Positions 1 to 8,402 of a DNA stretch of 13,138 nt are shown here, in pieces (positions within the stretch are counted from its first letter, which is position 1; each line of letters opens with the position of its first letter). A program made the translations under genes and the position numbers. The stretch comes from Chlamydiota bacterium. Its GTDB lineage: Bacteria; Chlamydiota; Chlamydiia; Chlamydiales; SM23-39. The notes beneath the pieces were generated by a model. That model was not told the DNA's origin, searched no databases, and saw nothing but the letters and a program-made list of their open reading frames with translations. The stretch lies in the NCBI GenBank assembly GCA_050049995.1, contig JASFVE010000054.1, positions 1 to 13,138 on the forward strand. Direction: 5' to 3'.

Positions 1-264
1 TTCCGAAAAGCTATAGTGAAAAAAAGGTAAATTTTCGTTTAACTTTCTAAATGTTTTCTCTAGAAGGTGAATGTTAGTATTTTGTTGTAGCTCTTCTAAA
101 ATATGAGGGGGAAAAATTTTTTCAATTAATTGCTCTAAAGAAATAAGAAACAAATCAAAACTTGGGTCATCCATACCTGGTGGAGTAAATGTAGGCTGGA
201 TTTGAAGCGCACCACCATCATTAAAATAAGTAGGTTTTAATGTTGCTATTTGGCGCGAAGTCAT
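1..264 (-). CDS. Hypothetical protein, N-terminal 88 aa only (runs off the left edge); absent from the ORF track
   Basis: ATG at 264-262 overlaps the oppA TGA (ATGA) and is preceded by AGAGGT. Manual translation is open to base 1: MTSRQIATLKPTYFNDGGALQIQPTFTPPGMDDPSFDLFLISLEQLIEKIFPPHILEELQQNTNIHLLEKTFRKLNENLPFFHYSFSE. Hydrophilic, so not OppB-like. Confidence 0.75.
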   Translation of the reverse strand, partial: MTSRQIATLKPTYFNDGGALQIQPTFTPPGMDDPSFDLFLISLEQLIEKIFPPHILEELQQNTNIHLLEKTFRKLNENLPFFHYSFSE

Positions 265-1844
265 AGTACCTCTTGGTCTAGTTGAGCAAAGTGAAAATGA
301 ATGTCACCGACTTCCCCTATGATAACATTTTTAAGCTGTTTTTGATTCATCATTAAATAGTTTAAATGATAAAGAGGAGTTACAGGCAAATCATCCATGA
401 AAATTTTCTCAGCATCCAATAAGGCTTGATATCTTTGCTTCTGGTTAGAAAGATTATTAGCTCTATCTAATAAGGTTACAAAGTCATTATTAACCCATTG
501 TGAATAATTAACAGGGTCACTTTCCTGACTAAATCGGGCATAAATATTCATCATATCGTTGTATTGAAAAATCCATCTAGCTATAGCCATTTGATGCTTG
601 TGAGCTCTTACTTTGCCCATATGAGAAACAAAGTCTTGCTCAACAATTTTAATCTCTAGTCCAATAGAATCTTTAATTTGCCTTTGTATTGCTTCGGAAG
701 TTTTTTTATCTAAATCATTATTAGGATAGTTTAGAGTGATAGAAATATCTTCTTTTTTTAAATTTAACTCCTCTAGTCCTTTCTGTAGAAACTTTTGCGC
801 CAACTCTTTGTTGTGATTAGGGATTAAATAGTCTCCAAGGTTGTCTTCAAGTGGGGGAGGTATAAGTCTCTTAGCAGGAGTTTGGTTAGAATAAGTAATA
901 GTTTTTACCAACAAATCCCTATCAATGGAGTAAGAAATGGCCTTTCTGATGTTGCTGTTGCTTAAAGGGTGATATTTTGTATTAAATGTTATGAAAGCTG
1001 TCCCTGCTATTGGCATTTTCTTTAAGCGCTCATTGTTACTATAAGCAGCCTCTGCATGAAAGGGCATTGGTGATACTGGAGTACCGATCAAGTCCAACTC
1101 ATTTTGCTCAAACATCTGCAAAGCAGTATTTTGATCATTAACAATGTAAATTCTAATTTTTTCCAGTTTAACGTTGTCCTTATCCCAGTATAACGGATTC
1201 TTTTCTACGATGATTTCCTTTTTTGGAGTCCACTTTATCATCTTAAAGGGACCTGAACAGACAAAATCTTCTTTAGGGTTTTGAGCCCATGTAGGGTCTT
1301 TTTCTACGATATGGCTAGGAGCTGGATAATACGCGCAAAAAGCAGTCAAACTAATAAAATAAGGAGTCGGATATTCCAGTTCCACTCGAAGCGTTTTTTC
1401 ATCAAGGGCATTAATTTTAACTTCATCTATAGAGACTTTACTGTTGGCAGCCTTTTCAGCATTTTTGATGCAAAAAAATAATTTGCTCGTTAAAGATGGA
1501 AAAGTTGGATCAATAATTTTTTTCCAGGATTTTTCGAAGTCGTATGCAGTAATTGGAGTATTGTCAGACCATACAGCATCTCTTAAATGAAATGTATAAA
1601 CAGTTCGGTCTTTATTCACCTCATAAGATTTTGCAAGGCCTGGACCAACTGAGCCATCTTTTCGTATCGAACTTAGTCCTGCAAAAAGTTTAAACGACAT
1701 TGTTGAATCTACAAAGTGCCCGGTTTTTCTAGGGTCAAATGTAGGAGGGTCGATAGAGTAGCTTATGTTTAAAGTGTTTTTGTTGGGAGTTTTGCCGCAT
1801 GAGACCATGGTAAGGACTAGTATTAAAGTTAGTAATTTTTTCAT
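261..1844 (-). CDS. oppA: Oligopeptide ABC transporter substrate-binding lipoprotein (SBP family 5, OppA-like)
   Basis: Lipoprotein signal MKKLLTLILVLTMVS-C; family-5 motifs DPPTFDP, PGLAKSYEVNKDRTVYTFHLRDAVWSD..PITAYDF, SGPFKM, KNPLYWD, IRKAISYSIDR, AEKIFMDDLPVTPLY. ATG at 1844 is preferred over the track's TTG at 1865 because it begins the signal peptide. Confidence 0.95.
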   Translation of the reverse strand: MKKLLTLILVLTMVSCGKTPNKNTLNISYSIDPPTFDPRKTGHFVDSTMSFKLFAGLSSIRKDGSVGPGLAKSYEVNKDRTVYTFHLRDAVWSDNTPITAYDFEKSWKKIIDPTFPSLTSKLFFCIKNAEKAANSKVSIDEVKINALDEKTLRVELEYPTPYFISLTAFCAYYPAPSHIVEKDPTWAQNPKEDFVCSGPFKMIKWTPKKEIIVEKNPLYWDKDNVKLEKIRIYIVNDQNTALQMFEQNELDLIGTPVSPMPFHAEAAYSNNERLKKMPIAGTAFITFNTKYHPLSNSNIRKAISYSIDRDLLVKTITYSNQTPAKRLIPPPLEDNLGDYLIPNHNKELAQKFLQKGLEELNLKKEDISITLNYPNNDLDKKTSEAIQRQIKDSIGLEIKIVEQDFVSHMGKVRAHKHQMAIARWIFQYNDMMNIYARFSQESDPVNYSQWVNNDFVTLLDRANNLSNQKQRYQALLDAEKIFMDDLPVTPLYHLNYLMMNQKQLKNVIIGEVGDIHFHFAQLDQEVL

Positions 1845-1940
1845 GTAGAAACCTGTATATGACAATGAATGTATATAAATCTTAAAGATTAGATTAAAGA
1901 ACTTTTTAACAAAGACCTGTCTTTTTTGACAAAAACTTTA

Positions 1941-1963
1941 ATTTTCTAAGGTTTTTAGAAAAT
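1941..1963. promoter_or_regulatory. Inverted repeat ATTTTCTAA-N5-TTAGAAAAT in the divergent oppA / membrane-protein promoter region (candidate operator)
   Basis: Perfect 9-bp arms just downstream of TTGACA (1926-1931). Function is inferred only. Confidence 0.35.
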
Positions 1964-2031
1964 CCTTTTGCAAATTTTGCCTCTAAAGTAAGGTAAAGCA
2001 AGGCGGGGAGTAGTTAAAGGGCAGGGGCTAG

Positions 2032-2448
2032 ATGACTTATTTTAAAAGTTTATTCTTTAATTTCCTTACAGTTTTTTTTGTGAACCACATTTTACCAGGG
2101 ATTGAGATCGATTATTATTCTAAGTTACCTCAAATCAAAGGAGATCTAATTTTTGCTTTTTCCTTGGGGTTTTTAAATTCATTAGTATATCCGATCTGCA
2201 GATTTTTATACCCTAAGGCTACTCCTTTTAAAATTGGAATGTTTAGTTTTATCTTTAGTTTTGGAGCATACTCTATTGTTAACATTCTTCCCCTCGGCAT
2301 TCATGTGATGACCCCAGGGGCGTTTGTATGGAGTGGTCTTATTGTTTGGTTTGCTAGCTACTTAACTAATTATTTAGAGTTTAAGCACTATCAAAAACTA
2401 AAAGAGCTAGAGAAAGAAATTGCAAAGAGAGGGGGAAATAAGCAATGA
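2032..2448 (+). CDS. 4-TM membrane protein, phage holin superfamily IV / YvlD-like (paralogue 1)
   Basis: 138 aa, four hydrophobic segments, pattern ILPGIEI...LGFLNSLVYP...G typical of YvlD/Phage_holin_4_2 proteins; G-rich RBS-like sequence upstream; basic C-terminal tail. Confidence 0.75.
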   Translation: MTYFKSLFFNFLTVFFVNHILPGIEIDYYSKLPQIKGDLIFAFSLGFLNSLVYPICRFLYPKATPFKIGMFSFIFSFGAYSIVNILPLGIHVMTPGAFVWSGLIVWFASYLTNYLEFKHYQKLKELEKEIAKRGGNKQ

Positions 2449-2825
2449 GTTTTTTGATATCATTTTTTTTTAATTTTTTAGCTGTTTTTATAGTAAACCG
2501 GATGATTCCGGGAATAAAAATAGGGTATTTTGAAAACTTGCCCAATGTAGGAGCTGACCTATTTTTTTCGTTGGTTGTGGGCTTTTTAAATGCCTCTATT
2601 TATCCTGTCTTAGCTTCTTTTATGCAAAATGTTACTTTAAAATCCATAGCGGTTGTTTCGTTTATTATCAGCTTTGGGTCTTTTGTCTTGATTCACTATA
2701 TCCAGTTTGGTGTAAGAGCAACTACTGCTCCAGGCATTTTTGTGGGCGGTTCCCTAGTTTGGGCAGCTGCTGTTTTTACAAACTTTTTATTTATGAGAAG
2801 AAGACCGCAAAACCCTGAAAAATAA
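2445..2825 (+). CDS. 4-TM membrane protein, phage holin superfamily IV / YvlD-like (paralogue 2)
   Basis: 126 aa, ATGA overlap with the previous gene; aligns without gaps to paralogue 1 (FFNFL.VF.VN...PGI.I.Y...LP....DL.F....GFLN...YP). Confidence 0.75.
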   Translation: MSFLISFFFNFLAVFIVNRMIPGIKIGYFENLPNVGADLFFSLVVGFLNASIYPVLASFMQNVTLKSIAVVSFIISFGSFVLIHYIQFGVRATTAPGIFVGGSLVWAAAVFTNFLFMRRRPQNPEK

Positions 2826-4067
2826 TTATTCATCATTTTTAGGTTCGTCTGACCTGGGATCGAGTTCCCCGACAGCGGGAGTTGTTCTAGGTATGTTTGA
2901 ATAGGGTAACTTTTCCTCGACAGGGATAGGAGGTGCTTTTGTAAGTCTGTATAGTGTATAAATAGACAGGGTGCCAGAGATGGCAGCAAAAAAGAAAAAC
3001 AATCCTTTTGGTCCAAAAAATTTCATAGAAAGAGGGGCTATTACCGGTCCTAAAATAGCTCCGATACCATAAGAAAGTAGTAGTCCTCCTGTTGCAGCTA
3101 CAAAATCCTTTGGCTCCAAGTGGTCACAAGCGTGCGAGATGCATATAGGATATAAAGTGAAGGAAAACCCACCAAATAAAAAAATCAAGCTGTAGAGAAG
3201 GATAATATGTAAGTCTCCTATCCATGCAATGATGATACTTAATCCTACTGTGAGTAGGCCTGCTATAAGCAAAACTTTTCTTCTATCAATATAATCAGAC
3301 AAAGAACCCAAAGGCCATTGTAAAACAAGGCCACCAAAAATAGATAAACTCATAAAAAGAGCGATACCAGATATGTTCAACCCGATTTCTTGTGCATATA
3401 CAGGGTTTAATCCATATACACACCCTAAGAATATTCCTGATAAAAAACAGCCAATAACCCCTAAGGGTGATATTTTAAAAAGCTGCACTACATTAAGGTA
3501 AGACGGTTCTTCTGAATAGGGGGCTGTAGTTCTGGTGATGCTGACAGGTATCACAGATAAACTTGTTAGTATGGCAATTAGGATATAAGGAGTCCAGCTA
3601 ATAGGATCAGAAATATTTAATAAAAATTGACCTCCGGATTGAGCTGCATAAAGAGCTATCATGTAAAGAGATAAGATTTTACCTCTTGAATCTACGCTAG
3701 ATCTGACTAGAAGCCAACTTTCAATAGTAATGAAAAGCCCTGCCATTGTAATTCCATTAAAAAATCGTAAGATTGTCCAGCTCCAAGAGCTAATGTAAAA
3801 GCCTTGCAACAAAGTTAACACAGCAAGAAGGGACGCAAAAGTAGCAAAAGCTCTAATATGGCCAATCCGTTCAATAAGTCTGTTAGCTCTCAATGAGCCG
3901 ACAAACATGCCTGCATAATAGGCGGCAGAGACGATACCAATGATTAACGTCGAGTAGTCTTCTAATCGTAATCTTACAGTTACATAGGTCATAAAAAGCC
4001 CATTTCCAGCAACTAAAATAATAAGACTAGCGATAGGGGATATAATGCTTTTTAGTGTATCTCTCAT
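2826..4067 (-). CDS. Major facilitator superfamily transporter, YcaD-like
   Basis: About 12 TM segments; motifs LIERIGHIRAFA, LRFFNG, IESWL....RGKILSLY, LQWPLGSLSDYIDRRKVL, FTLYP, G.GAILGP. ATG at 4067 lies 7 nt after AAGGT (alternatives 4073 or the track's 4088). Confidence 0.92.
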   Translation of the reverse strand: MRDTLKSIISPIASLIILVAGNGLFMTYVTVRLRLEDYSTLIIGIVSAAYYAGMFVGSLRANRLIERIGHIRAFATFASLLAVLTLLQGFYISSWSWTILRFFNGITMAGLFITIESWLLVRSSVDSRGKILSLYMIALYAAQSGGQFLLNISDPISWTPYILIAILTSLSVIPVSITRTTAPYSEEPSYLNVVQLFKISPLGVIGCFLSGIFLGCVYGLNPVYAQEIGLNISGIALFMSLSIFGGLVLQWPLGSLSDYIDRRKVLLIAGLLTVGLSIIIAWIGDLHIILLYSLIFLFGGFSFTLYPICISHACDHLEPKDFVAATGGLLLSYGIGAILGPVIAPLSMKFFGPKGLFFFFAAISGTLSIYTLYRLTKAPPIPVEEKLPYSNIPRTTPAVGELDPRSDEPKNDE

Positions 4068-4165
4068 ATTCATTACCTTGTATATCAATCCTATGAATCC
4101 ATCAAGAGAGATTTTTTTATTTTTTTATTTGTAAATTATTGGATATTAATATGAATGTTAATTAA

Positions 4166-4194
4166 TTGATAATATAAATAACGTTTAATATAAT
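4166..4194 (+). promoter_or_regulatory. Sigma70/sigma66-type promoter for the 724-aa gene
   Basis: TTGATA (4166-4171) - 17 nt - TATAAT (4189-4194), with very AT-rich DNA upstream; 28 nt before the ATG at 4223. Confidence 0.65.
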
Positions 4195-4222
4195 TAAATT
4201 AAGGGAAAAAGTTTGGTTTTTG

Positions 4223-6397
4223 ATGGAACAAAGTGGTAAAGAACAAGATATTATCCATATACACGAGGCTTTAGAGAATCTTTCATCGATAGCAGAGCTT
4301 GATGTGAATAGTGAAAAAATGGTGGGAGTAGTAAAAAATCATAAATTTGTTCTTAGCGATGAAGAAAGCTCTTATAAAACTGTTCATTGGCTTACTCCAG
4401 AGACAGCGGAAGAAGTGATTGAAAACGTCAAACAAACTTTTAAAACTATTTTGGAGTATCTTAAAAACATCTATGAAAATGAGGGGTTTGACTGGGAGAA
4501 TCCTAATAATAGAAAGGGTCTTCAAGCAGTCATGACTCTATCAGGTGAGGCAGCTGCTAAGTTGGATGCATATATAGACAATCTCAATACACCCTTCGAG
4601 ATCCCTAGAATCACAGAGTCTAAGCAGTTTACAGATCTACAGGAGTTTTATACTAAAAATCTTTCTCAGAAAATGGATTTGAAATTGTCTGGAGATAGTG
4701 CTTGGTCGGAAGATTGGAGTGAAAATGAAAATATTCTAGCGGTTGATACAGAAAAAAAGGGGCTTAAAGACTTTGAAACTGTCAGAAGAGATAAAGAGTA
4801 TGAACTTTTTTATTTGAAAAATGAATATGGCCATCCTTTTTTTAATTCCTCATTAATGAGGAATATTAAACTGGTTTGTGATTTTGATGAAATGGTTGAT
4901 GTTTCGATAGAAGATGATCCTCTTTTAAAAATAAGGGCTATGCAAGATCGAGATTTACACGGTGTAGCTCAACAAATTCTTATGGGGTGTGAAAGTCTTA
5001 CGAAAGAGTTTTTTAAATTAGCCAGAGGCAAGACCCAGGAAGTTTTTCAATACGTACACAGAGCTATTATGGCTCTTATGTTAACTTCAAACCCTAAAAA
5101 TCTCATTCAAAATACCTTAGGAAAAAGCAGCCTTTTATATTTCAACGATTTTCAAACTTTTTTAAAAAAGGCGCTAAACTCCAAAGAATATAAAAGGTGG
5201 CTTTCTTACCCGCCCAAAGATTCTGACAAAGCTGCAAGCGTTACACTTAAATTGATTCATTTATTAATTCTTGTGTTTTTCACTCGAAAAGAATCAGTAA
5301 AAGAAGAGGTTATAGGATTAATTCACTATTTGATAGAAAAGGGAAATGAAATCAAACCGAAAAAAAAGGCAAAAGCATATAGTCAAACAATTTGGAATAA
5401 GTTTTTAACAAATGACGATAATATTAGAACTCTTTTGAAGTGCTATCCTAATGGTCCACTTTTTAAAGTTCTGGACATTATTAGATCAGATGAAGTTAGT
5501 GAAAAAGAGATAGCCTTTGATCCGATTCACCAAGAAAATTATCCTTATTCGCTATATAACCTAAATAGCAAAAAGAAAAGCTGTAGTTTTATAAGGTTGC
5601 CTAGTCCTACTCGACAAGCAATGATTAAGTCAGCAACTATTATAGAAGAGTTTCAAAATTTAATTAAGAACTTTTCAGATCAGGAAAAAACATACTTAAT
5701 CTTTAACTTTCAAGACAGATCTTCTTGGAAAGACATTGCTAGAGTCGATGCTTTAGAAAAGTTTTCAAGGCATGCTGAAATAAACCAAGCCCTTAAAGTG
5801 TACACTTTAACAAAAGATTCTGACTTTTACTATCAGACAGATATTTACTTTACTATGACTAAGGCTGAAGAGTTTATGCAAGCATTTCAGACTCAGCTGA
5901 TAGGAGAGCAGGAAAATGGATTTTATTTTGGAATGATTAAGAAAAAAGAAAATTTTTTCGAAAAACTTGAGCGCCTTATATCTTTTGTTCATGACGTTTT
6001 TTTTGATAAAGTTGACTCTCTCGACAGAAAGATGAGATTGGACTTTATAGAGATATTCTATCATTTATTTTATTTGGAAATGATGGAATATCATGATCCT
6101 TCCTATGTAAGCTTTGTTTGCAAAGACGCAGTAGATACTTCTAACGCAACAAATGCAAGTTTTTATGCTTTTATAAATCTTGTCAAAACAGGAAAACTAG
6201 AAAAAAAAGAAAAAGATATTCTTTTATGGCTTTATTATAGACCCGCTCTACTTGTAAGAGAAAGATCTATTACTCCTACAAGGCTTAATAGAACCCTTTC
6301 TTTTTTGGATTATGTTGACGTGACTTTAAAAGAGAAAAAACGAAAAAAACTCTTAGAGAAGTATCCACTATTGAATGAAAGTGATGTAATTAGTTAA
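4223..6397 (+). CDS. Large soluble hypothetical protein (724 aa); C-terminal half has a degenerate CX5R phosphatase-like loop
   Basis: Long intact ORF (ATG 4223; the track starts at TTG 4220), no signal peptide, acidic N-terminal half; C-terminal motifs LIFNFQDR, VYTLTKDSDFYYQ, RLDFIEIFY, SFVCKDAVDTS, PALLVRER. Stop overlaps the mlaD 3' end by 8 bp. Confidence 0.85.
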   Translation: MEQSGKEQDIIHIHEALENLSSIAELDVNSEKMVGVVKNHKFVLSDEESSYKTVHWLTPETAEEVIENVKQTFKTILEYLKNIYENEGFDWENPNNRKGLQAVMTLSGEAAAKLDAYIDNLNTPFEIPRITESKQFTDLQEFYTKNLSQKMDLKLSGDSAWSEDWSENENILAVDTEKKGLKDFETVRRDKEYELFYLKNEYGHPFFNSSLMRNIKLVCDFDEMVDVSIEDDPLLKIRAMQDRDLHGVAQQILMGCESLTKEFFKLARGKTQEVFQYVHRAIMALMLTSNPKNLIQNTLGKSSLLYFNDFQTFLKKALNSKEYKRWLSYPPKDSDKAASVTLKLIHLLILVFFTRKESVKEEVIGLIHYLIEKGNEIKPKKKAKAYSQTIWNKFLTNDDNIRTLLKCYPNGPLFKVLDIIRSDEVSEKEIAFDPIHQENYPYSLYNLNSKKKSCSFIRLPSPTRQAMIKSATIIEEFQNLIKNFSDQEKTYLIFNFQDRSSWKDIARVDALEKFSRHAEINQALKVYTLTKDSDFYYQTDIYFTMTKAEEFMQAFQTQLIGEQENGFYFGMIKKKENFFEKLERLISFVHDVFFDKVDSLDRKMRLDFIEIFYHLFYLEMMEYHDPSYVSFVCKDAVDTSNATNASFYAFINLVKTGKLEKKEKDILLWLYYRPALLVRERSITPTRLNRTLSFLDYVDVTLKEKKRKKLLEKYPLLNESDVIS

Positions 6398-7631
6398 TGC
6401 ACTCATTAACTTGATCTACTAGCTCTTCATTATATGCTTTAAGGGCATCTGAAAGATCATCTACTTGATAGAGAAGTTCTTTAAAGTCTTTAATAAAGGG
6501 TTCACTTTTCATAATTTTAGATTTTTCATCTTGGTCTTCTGCCTTTTCTAAAAGCATATTTAATCGAGATAATGCTGTAGAAATCTGGTCTACTTCACTT
6601 TCGAAATACTGCTTAAACTCTTTAGGAGTATCAACAGCCTCTAAAAGAGCTACTCTTTTCTTGCGAGTTCGTTGCCACTTTTTATCATATTGAAAGAGAA
6701 TACCATAATGGTTTACATCATTCATAAGCGTGTTCATTTTGCTCATAAGCGATACAATTCGTAAGTACATGTCATCTTTTGTTACGAGCTTACCAATAGT
6801 TCCTGAGCCATCGGCAATATCGTTGGTGATAATGTTTAGGTTTTTTAGTACTTGCTTACCATCGATATTAAAAGAATCGAGAGCAATATTGACATTTTCT
6901 AATACATTATTAAATTTGGTAATTGTCTGATCATCTTGAAACTCTTGGATAGAGCTACCTAAAAGTTCCATATTTTCTGTAAAACTATCAATTGCTTTTT
7001 TAGTTCTAATCACTATTTCTTGTTCATTCAGAGAGTTCAGAGCTAAATCTAGTTCATGCATAGAGCCGGCAAAGGATTGTATAGCAAAAGTGATGTCATC
7101 GCTATTTTCCATAAACCATTCATCGATATTGTTAACCACGCCATCTAAACTTTTTGCCAAAGTTGTAAGTTCATAGATCGCGTTTTCCAAAGGATCAACT
7201 GAATCCGCATAAATTATTTGATTTGTAATAAGTTTAGGTACTTTTCCAACAGGGGGAGCCTTAGGGATGATTGCTATTGCTTTTTCTCCCATTAGTCCCG
7301 CTGTAGCTATCGTAACTTCGTCTGTATTATACACATCCACGCTGGAATCCACTCTTAGCGTAAGTTGATAAAAATATACTCTTCCCAGTTCATCTGTCGG
7401 TTGTTCTCTTGCATTAGATACTTCTTGGATCTTCGTTACTTCTCCGACGGGTTTTCCTGCAAAAGTGACTCTTGTTCCTACATTTATACCTGCTATGTTA
7501 GAAAATCTTACCTTTAAGACTTTTTCACCATCACCAACTTTTGGTTCTAAAAAAAGGATAATGGAGATAGTTATTACAATAGCTGTAATGACAAAAACTC
7601 CAATTAAGACTGTTTTCAGTTTATCTGACAT
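6390..7631 (-). CDS. mlaD: MCE/MlaD family lipid-transport protein with long helical C-terminal extension
   Basis: N-terminal TM anchor (VLIGVFVITAIVITISIILFL); MCE domain (VRFSNIAGINVGTRVTFAGKPVGEV...GLMGEKAIAIIP); helical region with DGSGTIGKLV; RBS AAGGAG 5 nt before ATG; follows mlaE and mlaF. Confidence 0.92.
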   Translation of the reverse strand: MSDKLKTVLIGVFVITAIVITISIILFLEPKVGDGEKVLKVRFSNIAGINVGTRVTFAGKPVGEVTKIQEVSNAREQPTDELGRVYFYQLTLRVDSSVDVYNTDEVTIATAGLMGEKAIAIIPKAPPVGKVPKLITNQIIYADSVDPLENAIYELTTLAKSLDGVVNNIDEWFMENSDDITFAIQSFAGSMHELDLALNSLNEQEIVIRTKKAIDSFTENMELLGSSIQEFQDDQTITKFNNVLENVNIALDSFNIDGKQVLKNLNIITNDIADGSGTIGKLVTKDDMYLRIVSLMSKMNTLMNDVNHYGILFQYDKKWQRTRKKRVALLEAVDTPKEFKQYFESEVDQISTALSRLNMLLEKAEDQDEKSKIMKSEPFIKDFKELLYQVDDLSDALKAYNEELVDQVNECIN

Positions 7632-7633
7632 TC

Positions 7634-8401
7634 TTACTCCTTTTTAGCTCTGGGATGGTGGGTTAAATTTTCTTTTAAAAATGATATGATTGGATCGTCA
7701 ATATTTAAAAATTCTTCCGGTTCAGCAACATAAGCAATTTTCCCATCTTTGTGCAAAGCTAAGCGGTCGCCAATAAAAAGAGCAGAGTGCACGTCATGGG
7801 TAACTACTATACTGGTACTTTTAAGTTCACTTTGAATTTGCACAATTAGCTCGTTAATTTGCTGGGCTGTAATAGGATCTAATCCAGTTGTTGGCTCATC
7901 ATATAATAAAATAGACGGTCTATATACGATAAGTCTTGCCAATCCAGCTCTTTTCTTCATACCTCCAGATAAATCAGATGGCATTTTCTTTTCAATTCCT
8001 TCTAGTCCGACTTTAGCAAGAGAGGTCTGAACCATTTCCTGTATTTCTTCTTCTGAGTATGCTTCACCTGTTTCAGATTGGCCGTGTTGTCTGAGATAAA
8101 AAGCGGTATTATCTTCAATGTTCATAGAGTCGAAAAGAGCGGCTCCTTGAAATAACATGCCTGTATTTTTAACGGCCTTAAATAACTCCCTTTTTTTTAA
8201 TTCTGAAATGTTGACTCCATCAATTGCCACATATCCTTGATCGGGCTTTTCTATTCCAATTAACTGTCTTAATAGTACGCTTTTTCCCACACCTGACCTG
8301 CCTAAAATAACGACAGTCTCTCCTGTATTAACAGTTAAGTTGAGCCCCTTTAGCACTTGGTTGCCGTTATAAGATTTCCAAAGATCAACAACTTCTATCA
8401 T
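7634..8401 (-). CDS. mlaF: ABC transporter ATP-binding protein, MlaF/Mkl family
   Basis: Walker A GRSGVGKS, GMLFQGAALFDS, signature LSGGMKKRAGLAR, Walker B LLYDEPTTGLDP, H-loop VVTHD. Confidence 0.96.
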   Translation of the reverse strand: MIEVVDLWKSYNGNQVLKGLNLTVNTGETVVILGRSGVGKSVLLRQLIGIEKPDQGYVAIDGVNISELKKRELFKAVKNTGMLFQGAALFDSMNIEDNTAFYLRQHGQSETGEAYSEEEIQEMVQTSLAKVGLEGIEKKMPSDLSGGMKKRAGLARLIVYRPSILLYDEPTTGLDPITAQQINELIVQIQSELKSTSIVVTHDVHSALFIGDRLALHKDGKIAYVAEPEEFLNIDDPIISFLKENLTHHPRAKKE

Positions 8402-8402
8402 T

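Noticed and set aside
1926..1994. TTGACA (1926) and TTGCAA (1968) as -35 boxes for the membrane-protein pair
   Set aside because: The nearest -10-like hexamers (TAAGGT) are only 15 nt away, too weak to call a promoter.
2032..2825. Prophage lysis cassette suggested by the holin-like genes
   Set aside because: No endolysin, integrase, structural phage genes or att-like repeats; this family is common outside phages.
4090..4220. Extremely AT-rich stretch as a replication origin or repeat element
   Set aside because: No DnaA-box array or regular repeats; it is explained by a divergent promoter region with a near-consensus sigma70-type promoter.
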